64,000 nt of DNA from Psammoneis japonica (Eukaryota). The translations under genes and the position numbers were made by a program. The stretch lies in NCBI GenBank assembly GCA_008632985.1, contig QPGO01000072.1:248001-312000 (forward strand), in the 5' to 3' direction. The notes under the pieces are model-generated. The model had not been told where the DNA came from. It made no database searches and was given only the letters and a program-made list of their open reading frames with translations. Of this stretch, positions 13,848 to 27,200 are shown piece after piece (the stretch's first letter is position 1; the number at the start of each line of letters is the position of its first letter).

Positions 13848-16023
13848 TTACAAACTCCTATCTGACATTGATACTGTCCGCACTTGACGAACAACAATTG
13901 CTTTTGTTGGTGGAGAGGGAGACACATCTTCTTCACCTTCTTCCATCACAGACACAAAGCTGTCATCATCCGACTCATCGTCATCCATCGCCCCCTCTTC
14001 CATGTCCTCCTCCATGTCTTCAATTCCGTCATGGGCAGACATCTCATCATCGTCATCCTCTAGGTCGTCATCACCGCGCAACTCATTTCTGTCACTGAGA
14101 GGAAGGAGCATGATCTCGACACCAAATGCAGCTAAGATTTCGGATCCGCGCACGGTTGAACTAGCCAAGATGCGGTCTGCTTCACTGTCAGATGCACCGA
14201 CTCGGCTCGGTACTTCACCTTGTTGATTCACGACAGCATCGAGACGTGACCTCCAACGGCGTGCCAAAAGACAAAAAGCATCTCTCTCACGCTCCAGCAT
14301 TTGGCATCGGGCCTCGGCTTCCATACGCGCCTCATGAGCCTTGCGGGCATTTGCCTGTTCTTCTAACAGCCGCTTGCGAAGCAACGCACAGTCCTCTTGG
14401 GGAGGTTCGAACCCTGTAAACGTGTGTCACAAGTGAGATCATGATTGGTCGCATGGAACACTCCAAACACAAAAGAAAACTTACAGTTGCGATTTGTAAA
14501 GGAGAGAATTTCCATCCAAAGTGCTGGAGGCAACATGGCTGCCAAATTGGTGCGGTCTTGTGGCTTCTTTACCTTGGGCGGTGGCTGTGTATACTTGGAG
14601 CTCGCGCAAAGCAACAGTGCCTTGCTGGACTCTCGAAAGGAGTCTGGATAGTCATTGTGAGACTCTGGAGCCCATACCTTGGACGGAATGAGCGTCTTTA
14701 TAACGGGCAAGGTCAATAGAGGCGCGAAACGCACTCCGGAGAGGACTTGTTGCGTAAAGTTGATGGGATCCGTATGGGTTTGAGAGTTCTTGCTCGCAGC
14801 ATCGCCTTCAACCGGGCCTATCCGTACAACTTTGACTAGCTCGTCATCAACTGTGTTGCACAACAACAAGAGCAATCAATACAGTTAGATTTGTATGATT
14901 TGCAGCAAGAAGAGAGAGAGGCTGCAAGTGCGTGTACCTGGTCCAACAAGAATTCCTCCCGGGCGCAGCAGCCGAGAAAACTTGTCGAGGCTGTTGCGAG
15001 TCACCGCAGCGCCAACATAAATCCGATCGAAACCCACAATGGATTCTCCTTCGTCTTCCGAGAGATGAAGCGCGTTTCCATGAATCACCTCAATGGCGGG
15101 CAGTTTCGTGCTGGAACTATCCCTCGATTGTACCCATTTCTGGATACAGTTCTCACTGTGTTCGACAGCATCACTGTGGATCTCGATTCCGTGGTTCAAG
15201 CTTCTCTGGCCGAGAATTTCACTAACGATACATGATAAGTAACCAGTGCCGCTCCCGATATTAGAAAGGATAGTGATGAGTCTTGTACAAGCTCTAATGC
15301 TTCGAGAGCAGAGGCATAAATGTGTGGTGCAGATATATGAATGTTTCCTTCCTTGAGGGGCTGGTCGGTATGAGCAATGTCTTCGTGTTCCTTGAGGACA
15401 AAGTACTGTCGGTCAACTCTGCGGAATCCATACTCGACCGTATCGGATTGAATGACACCAAACCCTGTTTTGATTCGTACAACAAACAAAAGTGAGTCAT
15501 TGATCGGCGACAAAAAAATCAACAGAGGTGAAACGCGTGACGTTTGCTACTTTTTTCGACGCATGGAACTGACGCACTTCTCTCGAAAAACCGAAGAAGA
15601 ACAAAGACATGCAAGTCGCTACGATCCGCAGCAAACAACATCAAGAACGATAACGTCAAGCAACGGCGCTTTCTCTTTGGTGCCTCGGCCGTGGGCAAAA
15701 CACAATAGGCGATAAAAGAAAATTTCCCAGGTTTGTTATTCACGTCAAACCCGCAAACATACTTTTGATTCATAACGTACAAGAAAGCAGAATGAGCAAA
15801 CCAAACGTTACAGGAATGCATCACATAGGAAGGATTCAGATTAGGGAGAAAACAAGTTCACAACAAGAGAATTCTCCATGTTGTCAGACAACCGATCACG
15901 AGTCAGTCGGCAGAACAAATATGAGACAAATCAGAATTCGTCCGGGAATCAAACTCGATCCTTCTTACGTTTGAGGTTGTCCACCATTTCATCGTTCGTT
16001 GTACCGCTACTACGCCACGCCAT
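13848..16023 (-). CDS. Protein-L-isoaspartate O-methyltransferase-like protein with acidic/coiled-coil tail (multi-exon; apparent 1-nt frameshift ~15262)
   Basis: MAWRSSGTTNDEMVDNLKR, HISAPHIY, SFL(N)IGSGTG, FDRIYVGA, LRPGGILVGP. Confidence 0.75.
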
Positions 16024-16414
16024 GATTGACCAGAGAGGGTAAAGGGTGGAAGTAAAGCAAAACAGAACAACGGTCCGCTCACCCAGGCCAATCAGACGAG
16101 ATGAATGCGAAATTTTTTTTGTTCTGCCTCCGAAAAAAGGTGATGGCAAAACGAAACGTGGCTCAAGATTCTTTTCTACGTAGGTTACGTACGAGACTTC
16201 AAGCAATACGTAGAATCTACGTCAAGTTGTCAGCTACCGAAGGCCAAATAAATAATACCAAGTTTACATATACTTTCTCGTAGAAAAGACATGTGGGAGA
16301 GAAATGTTCGATTAAAGTAGTATTAATATTTGTATATTCATAAAGAATTCTGCCTCACGTCTGCCGTCGCACGTAACTCTTCATGAACGCAATCCACGCA
16401 CTTTCGAGGTACTC

Positions 16415-16620
16415 GCTACTACTCTCTACTAGAGTAGCTAGTAGCTCTAGAGCTACTCTAGAGAGTAGTAGCTACTACTAGCTAGAGTAGCTAGTTAGTA
16501 GAGTAGCTAGCTACTACTCTAGAGTAGAGCAAAGGCCTTGAATGAGCTCTTCTTTCTCTGTAGAGGCCCTACCGGTATTACTAGAACTCTTAGCTACGAG
16601 TAGAGAGAGTAGAGAGAGCA
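16415..16620. repeat. Low-complexity CTA/TAG/GAG intergenic tract
   Basis: ctactctagagtagctagtagctctagagctactctagagagtagtagct... Confidence 0.7.
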
Positions 16621-16895
16621 AAGATTGTACTGTACCGTACATAGAGAGAGCCAATCGAAAGCTCTCACTTCCCTCCCTCAACTCACTTCCCTGAAGTAGT
16701 GCAGTAGGTACTTGTCCCGGCTTCTCAGAAAAGATAGTCTGTGTAGTGCCATATGTTTAGTGAGTTCTTTATTCACAGTAAGGTAATATTCTAACTCTAG
16801 CTGAGATGCTCATCTATTTATCTTGTAGCCGTCGTTTCCGTTCTTTCTGGTAGCTTGCATGTGTATTACCGGTATATACTTTCTGATTGGGGTTC

Positions 16896-18311
16896 CTATT
16901 CATTGGTTTTGCCAAATAGCTGGAAGACAGAGTCAACCACTTCGTCAAACTCCTTTGCATGATCAGGGGCCACTTCTAGGTCATATTTTGCCGTCACCCA
17001 TGGCTTGTTCAGATTGAGAGTATGACCCAAGTCGCTGGGAGTGCCAAGAACCACGCAATCGCAATCAACACTGTTGATTGTATCTTCTAGGTCCTTGGTC
17101 ATCTTCTCGCCGTAACCCATCGCTGGAAGGACGTTCTTTAAATGCCCAAACTTCGCAAAGGTGCCCACGAGGTCCCCTTTGGCAAATGGGCGCGGATCCA
17201 CTATCTCGCGGCACCCAGCTTCTTTGCCAAGGCATAGCCGGCACCAAACGACATTCCTCCGTGGGTCAAGGTAGGTCCGTCGTCAACCACCAAGACACGC
17301 CTGCCTGCTACCATGGCAGCAGCCTCATCTTGAGGAAGCAGGTCGCCACTTTTCTCATTCATCGCTTCGGGGGTCACCACGGAATAACCAAAGAGAACCG
17401 GACAGTCGGGCACGAGCAGAGTCTCCTTGAGACGTTCAGCTTGTTTCCTTGCAAGGTCGATGTCATCCAACGCATTTACCTTGTTGATCAACACAAGATC
17501 AGCCATACGAACGTTCGTTTCACCTGGATAAAACTGCTCCTCGTGAGAAGGACGGAGGGCGTCTACAACGCATATCTGAAGATCGGGTTTGTAAAAGGAG
17601 CAATCGTTGTTTCCGCCGTCCCAAATAACAACATCGGCATCCTTCTCGGCCTCTCGGAGAATCATCTCGTAGTCGACTCCAGCAAAGAGAAGATTACCCT
17701 CCTCGATATGAAGCTGATATTCTTCGCGCTCTTCGATGGTACAGTCATACTTGTCCATATCTCAACAACCTCGTAGCGCTGGCATCGCTGCCGGAGGAGT
17801 TCCACGTCATACGGCATGGGGTGACGCACGACTGCAACTTTTATCCCGTTCTTCTTGAGGTGTCGCAAATGTACCGCGTGGTTTGCGACTTGCCTGTTCC
17901 TGTGCGGCTTGCGCACACTGCAATAAGTGGCTTGGTAGAGGGAAGCATGGTAGTCCGGGGGGAGAGCTGCACAAAGGCGCATCCTGCCGCATTTGCTCGT
18001 GCGGCGAGGGACTGGAGAGTGTTGTAGTTCACGTCAGAATACGCCATGGCGCAGGTCGTCACACCGAACCTCTCGATGAGCTCTTCAAGCTGAGCCTCCG
18101 GATAAATGGGTACGCCGTTCGGGTAGAGGTTGCCGTTCTTATCATTGTTGCACATCTCGGCCGGAAAGTGTCGATTCTCGATGCCTGGAATTTGGGTTCC
18201 AGTGAAGCACTTGACAACCGTACCTGGCTTTGTAGACCAGTAAACCTGGAAATCATGAAAATCTCGCCCAGCGGCACCCAAGATGATTACGTTCTCATTG
18301 TTGTTACTCAT
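16896..18311 (-). CDS. Cyclic 2,3-diphosphoglycerate synthetase-family / arginine synthetase-like P-loop ligase; intronless, three apparent frameshifts
   Basis: GAAGRDFHDF, TQIPGI, AYSD, RTGTGKSQTTR, VRHPMPY, CTIEEREEY, AGVDY, WDGGNND, YPGETNVRMAD, DGPTLTHG, VDPRP, LPAMGY spread over four frames (shifts ~17865, ~17760, ~17205). Confidence 0.8.
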
Positions 18312-18457
18312 GATGTTGATATTTTTCGTTTTCGTTCTTTGTGAGAATAGGAGAAAGCGAATCCCTTCGCCCATCAATAAAATTAGTCGTGATTCGCGGT
18401 CGTGAGTCGTGACAGCTCAATCCCGAAAAGCGAACTCCCGTGTCAATGCGAATGACG

Positions 18458-19601
18458 TCATCGGCATCGCCTCGCCACAAATTGAATCAATGTTCGACCA
18501 TGATCACCATCGGAGCTTAGTTCATCATATAAGATCTCCCATTCACCGCCATGATCAAATATGTCATGCAGCTCGTTTCGCTCCAATACATGGTGTTCCT
18601 GCCGAAGGCAATGGAGCGACGCAACCGAATGAGAGACCAATCGAGAAGATGAGACAGATTGACGCTGCATTCTAGCACCTTACCTTTGGGTGGTCAAACT
18701 CCCATTTAGCGCCCAAGTGCGTTTTGCAAAAATGGCTAATCGCAAATAAAGTCCCCGGGCGCAAACTTGCGTTGTTGGAGAGCCGCTGGACGAGTTTGCG
18801 ATTCCAAAATCGAACAGCATACAAGCAAACGATGGACCGCTTCTCCAATTCGTCTTCCACCTGATCCAGCTTTTTGAGATTTAGCAGCCTAGAATCAGTG
18901 ATATCATCTACACCTCGACGAGTCCAAAAGGGCCTACATCGTTGACCACTCGCCTTGTGATTATCAATACCAACAAAGTTCAGGGGACATGGCGATTGGA
19001 AACTCTTGATTTCTTCCGCCAAAAAACAAATATCACGCCCCGCACCACTACCCAAGTCCCAAACCTCATGTTTCTCAGAAGAGTCCACAGCGACTGCAAC
19101 TTGCTTCAATAACGGCAACAGTATCGTTTCAATCATTGAGTCCGGCTCCCACAATCTCGGAAGAGGCGTGTACGAATCCTTTGAACAGCACGTCGGTTTC
19201 CCTCGTTGAACTATCGAATACTTCGACGCTTCCTCCCACAAGCCCGGTGTATCAATTATAATCTGTCTTACAAGCCACGGCTGGCGTGACTGTTGGGTAG
19301 CTCTGCTCTGGGTTGCACCAAAAAACTGATTAACTAGTTCCAAGCTGCTCGACTCTTTTTCAGACATCAGGATTGAAAACTCCACATGACGAGGAGGAAG
19401 CTCACTTGATCTCTGTCCAGATAAAAGATCATCCAAGGGCAAATGTACCACTACTGCCGTTTCGTCGTTTTTGATGCGGCAATTCTCGTACTCGTCGCTG
19501 CTTCTCACATCAATCAGAGGCAGCCGCCGCCTCTGCTGGTTCTCGTCTCCCTCCCACCACTCGTTGAACGAGACAACCTGAAATAACTCAGGTTTTTCCA
19601 T
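18458..19601 (-). CDS. Rhodanese-like + SAM-dependent methyltransferase protein (2 exons)
   Basis: LIDVRSSDEY at the N-terminus, PRLW, DLGSGAGRD motif I. Intron ~18599-18683. Last exon EHHVLERNEL...ARRCR*. Confidence 0.7.
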
Positions 19602-20899
19602 ACAAAGACGTCCTTCTTCTTATACAAATGATGCCCGTCAAACGTTCACAAGATGCAAAGCACCACTCACATTCACGGTGAATGAACTTCGTCGCGGCGT
19701 GTGGCGGTGCTGTGTCGAGTGCCTCGACACGGGATTTTTTCTGTTTTAGGCGTTAACGCTCCCACGCGCGCTCAACCGCGGGCCGCGCGGCAGTTTCGTG
19801 CTAGATTTTAGATTTTGAATTTCAAGATTTTGGATTTCTAAACTATGATGCATGCCGTAGTTTCCAGAGAGATCAAGATGATTCTCCCGACGGCGAAAGA
19901 GTAGACACCATACCATACACCTTTGAACCTGAGCACCATCTGCCGTCAGATTTTTCACATCAAACTGAACACTTGAGAGTTTTGACATCTCGTGCAGTGC
20001 AGTGGCACACATGAGGACACAAATGTAGAATGATGCTGCAAAGATGGTGAATGAAAAAGCACAGAAAAATGCACAAAACAAAATGACGGGAGAGTTAAAA
20101 TGGTGTGACACACAATTGTGGCTTTTCACGACAATCGACGGCTGAGCCCAGATCCGACGTTCCACACACGCAGCAGTGGCTGGAGAACACATGTTTTGGG
20201 ATTCGCTCACATGACAAGGTTGCAGCTGACTGGCTGATGTAACAAGGCACTGCAGGACTTCATTTCTGTTGGGGGCAGTTGCAAGCCGCAGCTGATGCTC
20301 CAGTGTCGAGATGTGCCACCGCACTGTGCTCCCCAGCAATCTCTGCATTGCTTGGAAGCGTTTTGAAAATGAGAAGGCGATCTCCTGCACCAAAAGTCTT
20401 TTCTGGAACGAGTGCCATTGCAAGCGCATTGTGGGAGGACATGATGAATCACCAACAATGGCAAAGGCGATTCTTGGGGAAATGAGTTGCGCAGCACCAG
20501 TGAGCGCCGCTGACTTCGTGTGCAACCATGTCTGCTGGCAGGTCTGCAAACGAAGCGAGGAAAACAACTCGAATGAATGCAGTTGGCAGTGACAAGACGA
20601 TCAAATTCGAGTTGTTCTGCCAGTGAATTTGTGCGCATGGCAGCGGTCAAACAGCCTTGACAGATGATGCTGTGCTCCATCTGCACGTTGTGCCAGCATG
20701 ACATGGCAGGTGCATGTGTCATTTCAATCGTTTGTTGCCATCTGCTCCACCTCTGGCAGACATCATTTCTTCTGATTTCCTTTTCTTTTTGACAAGCAAT
20801 GGACAACAAAACATGCATCACACGTGCCAAATGTGGGCAAACACGCCAAATGCAGGGCAGTCGTGCGCACCTTTGCGACCCTGTCACCATTTGAAATGT

Positions 20900-22543
20900 G
20901 GGCATGCAGCAGCTTCTCAAGTCTTCATCGGCACAGCCGTGTGATCCCATCCTGTGCCCAAATGCAATGGGTGCAGGTTCCATTTGCAACACCAGCGCCA
21001 TCTGCATCATTGCGCTGATTCCCAGGCACTGCAACATTTGAACATTTGATGCAGCAAGCTTCGCAGTTGCAGCTGTTTGGTCCAATGGTGGATCCAACCT
21101 GCAACACACAGCTGCCAATGAGAGTTGGTGCATCACGGCGACGTGTTACAGCCTTTAAATGTCACAAAGGGCGTGACAAAAACAACCTTTTGTCTGCATG
21201 CATGCTGCGTTGTGAATTCATGGCGGAGTGGCTCATCGCAACCATCAGGCAGGAGGCCAGGGGTTCGAAACCCTGAGTGGGAGTTGTCTGCAGCAACGTT
21301 GATCACTGTCGAACGTGCAAAACTCTGTGCAGTTCTGCACGTTCCTTCGCACGCACCCACACTGTTCCACCAAAACCTTGCAGTGTCAGTGCACGTCAGT
21401 GAAGAGCCACATGGACACGTGACACATGGGGAGGAGTGCAACACACAGCCACTGATGAGAGCCAATGCATCACGGCGACGTGTCACAGCCTTTAAATGTC
21501 ACAAAGGGCATGACAAAAATGACCTTTTGTCTGCATGCATGCTGCAAACCAACCCGATGCAGGCTCTCTCACCATTGCACGATTGACTCTTGATCTCTGA
21601 GTCTTGTTGAAATCTGCAAGCCACTTCTGCACTGCAGCTGTTGTGACAGATTGCACCATTTTGAATGAACGAGCAAGCACAATGATGGTTGCAAGCACCA
21701 GCGCCAACTCTTGTCCGCCGTTGACCTTTGCATGAAGCACCCCAATTGCAGCTGTGGGTGCAAACTGTGATGTGGGAGACTTGTTGACAGGATCCTCTTT
21801 GCAGCAACTGTCAGGTCCAACAACAGCATTGTCAATTTCATCGCACAAACCTTTTGCATGGCATGACTCGTTTTCTGCAAGTGACAGGAATGGTGTCAAC
21901 AGGCGTTGTTGTCGACACAGCTGTCGCTTTTGACAATTCCATCGAAAATTTCCTCACAAGCTGTGCTGCCAATGCAGGAGCCATCATTTGCCTTTGTTGA
22001 AGAGAGATCCATGCAAGTGCCTGAACCAATGCAGCCATTTTTGCCAGTTGTCACCCAGCGCATCCTTTCACAGGACCCACAGCCAATGAAAGAACCTGAG
22101 TCAATGGTCGAGTGCTCAATCAAACCACAGCCATCTTCAGCTTTGCAGGAGCCCCTTCCAATCATCGTCTCAAAAAGCCATTGACATGAGCACTCGCAGT
22201 TGCAAGAGCTGGCCTTTGTGATGGAGTGTCCCACATTGGCACAAGCAGCAGGATGTTTGCAAGATTGACTTTCCACCACGGAATTGTTTGGGTTTGAGCA
22301 AGCCTGTTTGCCTTTGCAGGTCCTGTCATTTGCAATCATGTTGGATGCCGAATTGCAAGCAAGCACGCCAGTGCATGAATTGCTTCCTGCTGTTGTGTTT
22401 TTGGCATCAAGGCATGCTGTGGAGGAGCTGCAGCTGCCCACTCTGAAGATCAAGTCATCACCACTTGGGAGTTGACCCGTGCTCGACGGAAAAACCAAGA
22501 GAAGCATCAAGAAGCAGGGCAAACAATGAATCACCATCATCAC
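20900..22543 (-). pseudogene. Secreted cysteine-rich repeat protein (IGxxSCxGxxAC-type repeats), interrupted by a TRIM and frameshifted
   Basis: Signal-peptide-like MMVIHCLPCFLMLLLVFPSSTG, then ~17-aa repeats (GSNSCTGVLAC, GRGSCKAEDGC, DGSCIGSTAC). Frame is restored across the TRIM (…ACIGLV|GSTIGPNSC…). 3' end uncertain. Confidence 0.65.
21100..21546 (+). mobile_element. TRIM (miniature non-autonomous LTR retrotransposon), 447 bp
   Basis: 110-bp direct repeats at 21100-21209 and 21437-21546 (outer ends TG...CA), PPT GGGGAGGAG just before the 3' repeat, 4-bp TSD AACC (21096-21099 / 21547-21550). Confidence 0.85.
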
Positions 22544-23760
22544 CACAAATGTGTGTCTGTCGAAACCATTTGCAGCGAGAAATGATGACAAATCCCCCCG
22601 AACATTTCTTTTCTGTGCAATTGCATTGTGTTTCAATCGAGTCACACAAGGGTTTGTGATCGCGAGTTACGTCAGAGTTCTCATTTTTCCTTTTTTTGGA
22701 AGCAGACAAATGACGTCAGCATGGTGCATTGCTTGCTTGCTCTTTGCTGCAACAAGAAAAGGCACAATGTGCGCCATTGTGGGACATGCCAAACAATGAA
22801 TTGGAATTGACAAGAAATGCAGAAAGAGCACCGCATTGCCACGATCCAAACAAATCCTGCTGCACTCACCACATCTAAGAGCAGTGGCTGAGATGAGCTG
22901 GAGTGCACCCCACACCACCTCTCTGTCTGTTTGCACCTGGATTTGCTCCACAAAATGGTGCTGACCATCTGCAGACACTTCATCACACACCCAAGCTGGG
23001 AGTGCATGACACGTGAAAAACTCCCCTGTGGGGGATGAAAACCTCAAAGGGGCCCAGAGGCCAAGCAACCACCCAAGTGGTGGCTGGCCTGGTGGACCCA
23101 CCATCGTGAAGGTGGCGTGAGCTTTGGGCACCTCATCCTGGCACTCGGGCACTGCAAAAAACATGTTTTTGCACAGACTGCAGTGCTCTGCTTGCCTGTC
23201 AAAATCTTGGCAAAAGGGTTGCTCAAAAGCTCATCATGCTGCCCTCCATTGCCACCACCAGGCACGAGCATTTTTCCAGAGCTGTGGCCACTTTGTGCAT
23301 GACATCATGGCGGTCATTGGCTGCACTGTGGTTGCACCTCTTGTGCAAAACAGATCTGAGGATGGATGCATTTTTCACAATGCACACTTCACAGTTGCAT
23401 GGTGCACAACACAGCGGTGGAGTTGCTCTGTGGGACTTTGGATTTTCAACCTGTTTTGGGTGTTCTCACACTTGGGAGTGACAACTCCACTGCACAGTGG
23501 CGCTGTGTGCAGTGAGCCACACTTTTCTCACCAACTGTGGCTCTCACAGGTGCCAAAGCCTTCATGTTCCATTTCCACTGCCTTGTGGCTCACCTCATCC
23601 CCAACCTGCAAACTGGCCACAGCAACACACCCATTGTTTGGATGGGCGGGAGCGAACAATGTTGTGCCACAGCTTTGTCACTTGCTGCTGCTCCTGCATC
23701 ATTGCCAAGCACACTGCTGTCACAGGAGCTGGTGTCCTTCACCAACTCTGTTGCTCTCCA

Positions 23761-24038
23761 TGCAATGAAGGTGGTCTTCAATGCTGCCAACATCACAAGT
23801 GCAATTTTGATCTCTGTGCAGCAGTGAAAGAGCAGCATGGTTGTTCCTTGTGCCTGTGCCAACTCTGCTCTGTCTTGCAGACAGTCCACAAGAGGCTCCA
23901 CTTGCAATGAAGATCTCCAGCGTTGCCAACATCACAAGTGAAATTTTGATCTGTGCAGCAGTGACAGAGCATGGTCATTCTTTGTGCCTGTGCCAACTCT
24001 GCTCTGTCTCACAGACTGTCCACAAGAGACTCCACTTG
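23761..24038. repeat. Diverged tandem duplication, ~140-bp unit
   Basis: tgcaatgaag...tgccaacatcacaagtg...tgtgcctgtgccaactctgctctgtct...ctccacttg occurs at 23761-23902 and 23903-24038. Confidence 0.8.
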
Positions 24039-24299
24039 ACAGAGGATGGCTCAATGACAACAACAATGGAGGTGGGCACCTGAGCTGGAAAACAGCCAAA
24101 ATCAAAAGCCACATGGGTTCCACTGCAACATCTGTGTGGGCTTTCTGCTGCCTCACAATGTTTGACAGCACACCCAGCAACTCTCATCTAAAAAAGCAAA
24201 GCTCCAGCCCCGCAGCGCTGCAAGCCAAAATCAAGGAGTCAGCCAACAAGACCTGTCAGCACACTGTCTCTTGTTTTGTTGATTCTACCCAAACAGCTC

Positions 24300-27200
24300 A
24301 ATGACCTGACACAAAGGCGCTGAGCCATTGCTTCTTGATTGCCCCTTGTCACGCAACAGCAGCAATGACAAACCTCCTCAATGAGTGCAAAAATAAAGAG
24401 CAAGAAAGTTCCCCAACTCAAACTGTTGCTTGTCAACAACCCAAAGACAAACAAGCTTGTGTCTCCTTCCTCAAGAAAGAAGAGGGAGCAGGCAAAGATT
24501 GACAACAGCAAGAAAGTGTCCCAGCCACTTGTCTCTGCAATGTGCTTGAGGACAACAGCAAAAAAGCAACAATTGCAGCCTTTCTAATTGACTCCACTGA
24601 AAATTTTGATGGCACCAAGTGCTGCGCAACATTTCAAAATGAGCAAAGAACTTGAGGAAATCTTGACCGGGATCTGGCGACAAGACTTTCTGTTGCTCTT
24701 TGGGACTTTGCTGGCATTGTTGTGCAATTGAAAGCCCAAAAGCGCAGAGCATTGCCTTTCCAGCACATCACAGTCACAGAGTGTAAAATGTGGACAACTT
24801 TTGTTGCTTTTGCCATGGGATTCCTGCCTTTCAAATGCTGCCAGGTGTGTGTCTCTCATTTTTTCATCCAGCTGCACAGAATCCCCTCCTCCCAGCAGCC
24901 AAGCTTCTTCCCTCATGTTGCAATGACTTTCCATTGCTCCCATCCATTTTGTTTGGCCAACTCAGAAATTTGTCACATTGACTTTTGGGTTCACGTGGCT
25001 CAATGGTGGGAGGTGTCTGCAAGGAAATGCACAGTGCTCTGGGTGCCATTGACTGTTTGATTGGCAATGCACACATCACATGGGTTGACCTTGAACCCGA
25101 TTTTTTCTCCAAGTCCTTGCAAAATCACTTGCACCACAGCAGAGCTGTGACCAACATGCTGCAAACAGCTCCAGCAACTTCAACACACAGAGGACTCTTT
25201 TCCCCTTCTCCATGACCACATGGAGCCCACACAGGAGGCAGGTGGGGATCAATGCTTGCCAGTGCGGCAACCAACACACTCCTGCAATTTTCATCATGAT
25301 CTGGTCTTTGCCTTCCTGAGGCTCCAAAGTCAATGTCTGCACAAATGTGTTTGGCACATTGGCACTCATTGTGTTGTGCCCTTCCATGGCATCAATGATG
25401 GCTGTCTTTGTTGGTGTTCCTTCCAATGGTGCCATCAGGCCAGCTGATCATCCTTGTCCAGTCATTTTGCAGCTGGTTTTCAGCTGCAAACTGCGGCCCT
25501 TTTGTGCAGCTATCTTGCTTCTCCATCAGGAGCATCAAGGCAATCACAGCCTTGGTCCTCTGAGTCAGAGTCATGTCTTCAACTGACATTGGTGCAAAGC
25601 ACACCCTGTCATGGAGTTGTCCAACCTCCTTCTCTGAGATGTCATGCCCCCTCTGGACAAATGCTTTTGGGTCTTTGTGCAGCAAATGCTGCTGGACAAA
25701 GGAGGTGCTCTTTCCTGATTGGAGTCAGCTGTCAATCTTGCACATGATGAGTTGTGCACACCAGCACCATTGCTGCATCTGCGCTGCACTTGATGTCATC
25801 CTCTGGATTGGGCTCACATTCAGCTGCTTGCAAGTGGGCAACAGCACTCAAGTCTGTTCTGCTTGGGCTTTTCTTTTGTGTTGTCTGCCGCTCCTGAAAA
25901 TCAAACTTTCTTTTCTCTGTGTTCATGTGATTTGATATTGAATGATTTGCCAGTCCTGGTCACTCTGTGTGGGACATGAATTGTCCTCTGACTCTTTGTC
26001 ATCTCCATCTTCTTCTTTGACTTCTTGGCTCTTGTGCTGCTCATTGGAGCTGAGCCTTTCATCAGCAAGGACTTCATTTGTTTCTTCATGCTCATTGTCT
26101 GAGTTTGCTTCACAATCACAGTCTTCATCTTCTGACTTGGTCAGGCAGTTGGCACTGCTGGTGTGTTTGTTTTTGTTTTTGTTTTTTTTTTTCTTCACTT
26201 TTTTATTTGCTGTCACTTTCATCATTGTCCACTCTCCTGCAGTCCAGTCAGCACAATGCAGGTTGTCTCCACATTTGCCTGCAACTTAAATCTTTGACAC
26301 CTTGTGCTGTGGCCATCTTCTTGATTCTTGACTGCTCACATGTGTCAGTCAGGGGCATGGCAGTGCACTTGTGGAGATTGAGAAGCTTGCCCATGTTGTG
26401 CAGGTTCACAGCACAGGGGCCACCCTTGGGAATGTCAAAGCATGGTTGCAGATGCATGCTGTCAATGCTGTGCATGTCAATGGTGGTTGTTGGGTTGTTC
26501 TCAACATGAGACAGGACAAATTCACCAAATGCAAGCTCAAAGTGCGCTTGTTGTCACAGTCAAGGTTTTTTCATTGCACAACAGTGTGTGGACTGCACAT
26601 GTTGAAAATTCCTTCTTGGTGTGGTGCATGTTTGACATGACAACATTCTTTGTCATGGAATGCTCACACATCAACTTGGGCATCATCTTGCATGGCAGGT
26701 GGTGTGCAGTGTCTTGAGTTTGCTCTTTGATTGTCTCAATGCTCTTTTCAACTTCAGGAACATGGTTGCCAGTGTTTGCAGGCATCAGCTCTAAGTTCAT
26801 GCCATCGGCAACTTCTGCCAGCATGTCCTCAAACTTGGGGTCACACTTGACAAAGTCAATCTTGAATGAAGCCATGCTGAACTGATTGTTGGGGGGTTGT
26901 GTCTAGTGCATTGCATGCATTGACATGCTTTTTGGACCTCAGTCTCACACTCTCAATTGGCACTGAATCATCTTGTCTGTTGTGTGCAGTGTCCCAACTC
27001 TGCATGCTTCCACAACATCAATGCAGAGGATTGTGCCTTCTCTCTGCTTCTTGTGTGTGTGTGTGTCCGATGGGACAGCCACAATGTTGCTCCTCTCATG
27101 GGAGCAATGTGCACATTTGGTCTTGCCCTTCAGCAAGTCTGTTGGTTGGCCCCAAAATGCAACCATCCTGTCCACATCTTTGGGCACAATTGACAAGTTT

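Noticed and set aside
19745..19860. GC-rich hairpin-like stretch plus GATTTT repeats as an element end
   Set aside because: No matching terminus found; could be promoter sequence of the adjacent gene.
21215..21285. Functional tRNA gene
   Set aside because: Only A/B-box-like motifs; no convincing acceptor or anticodon stems; lies inside a TRIM.
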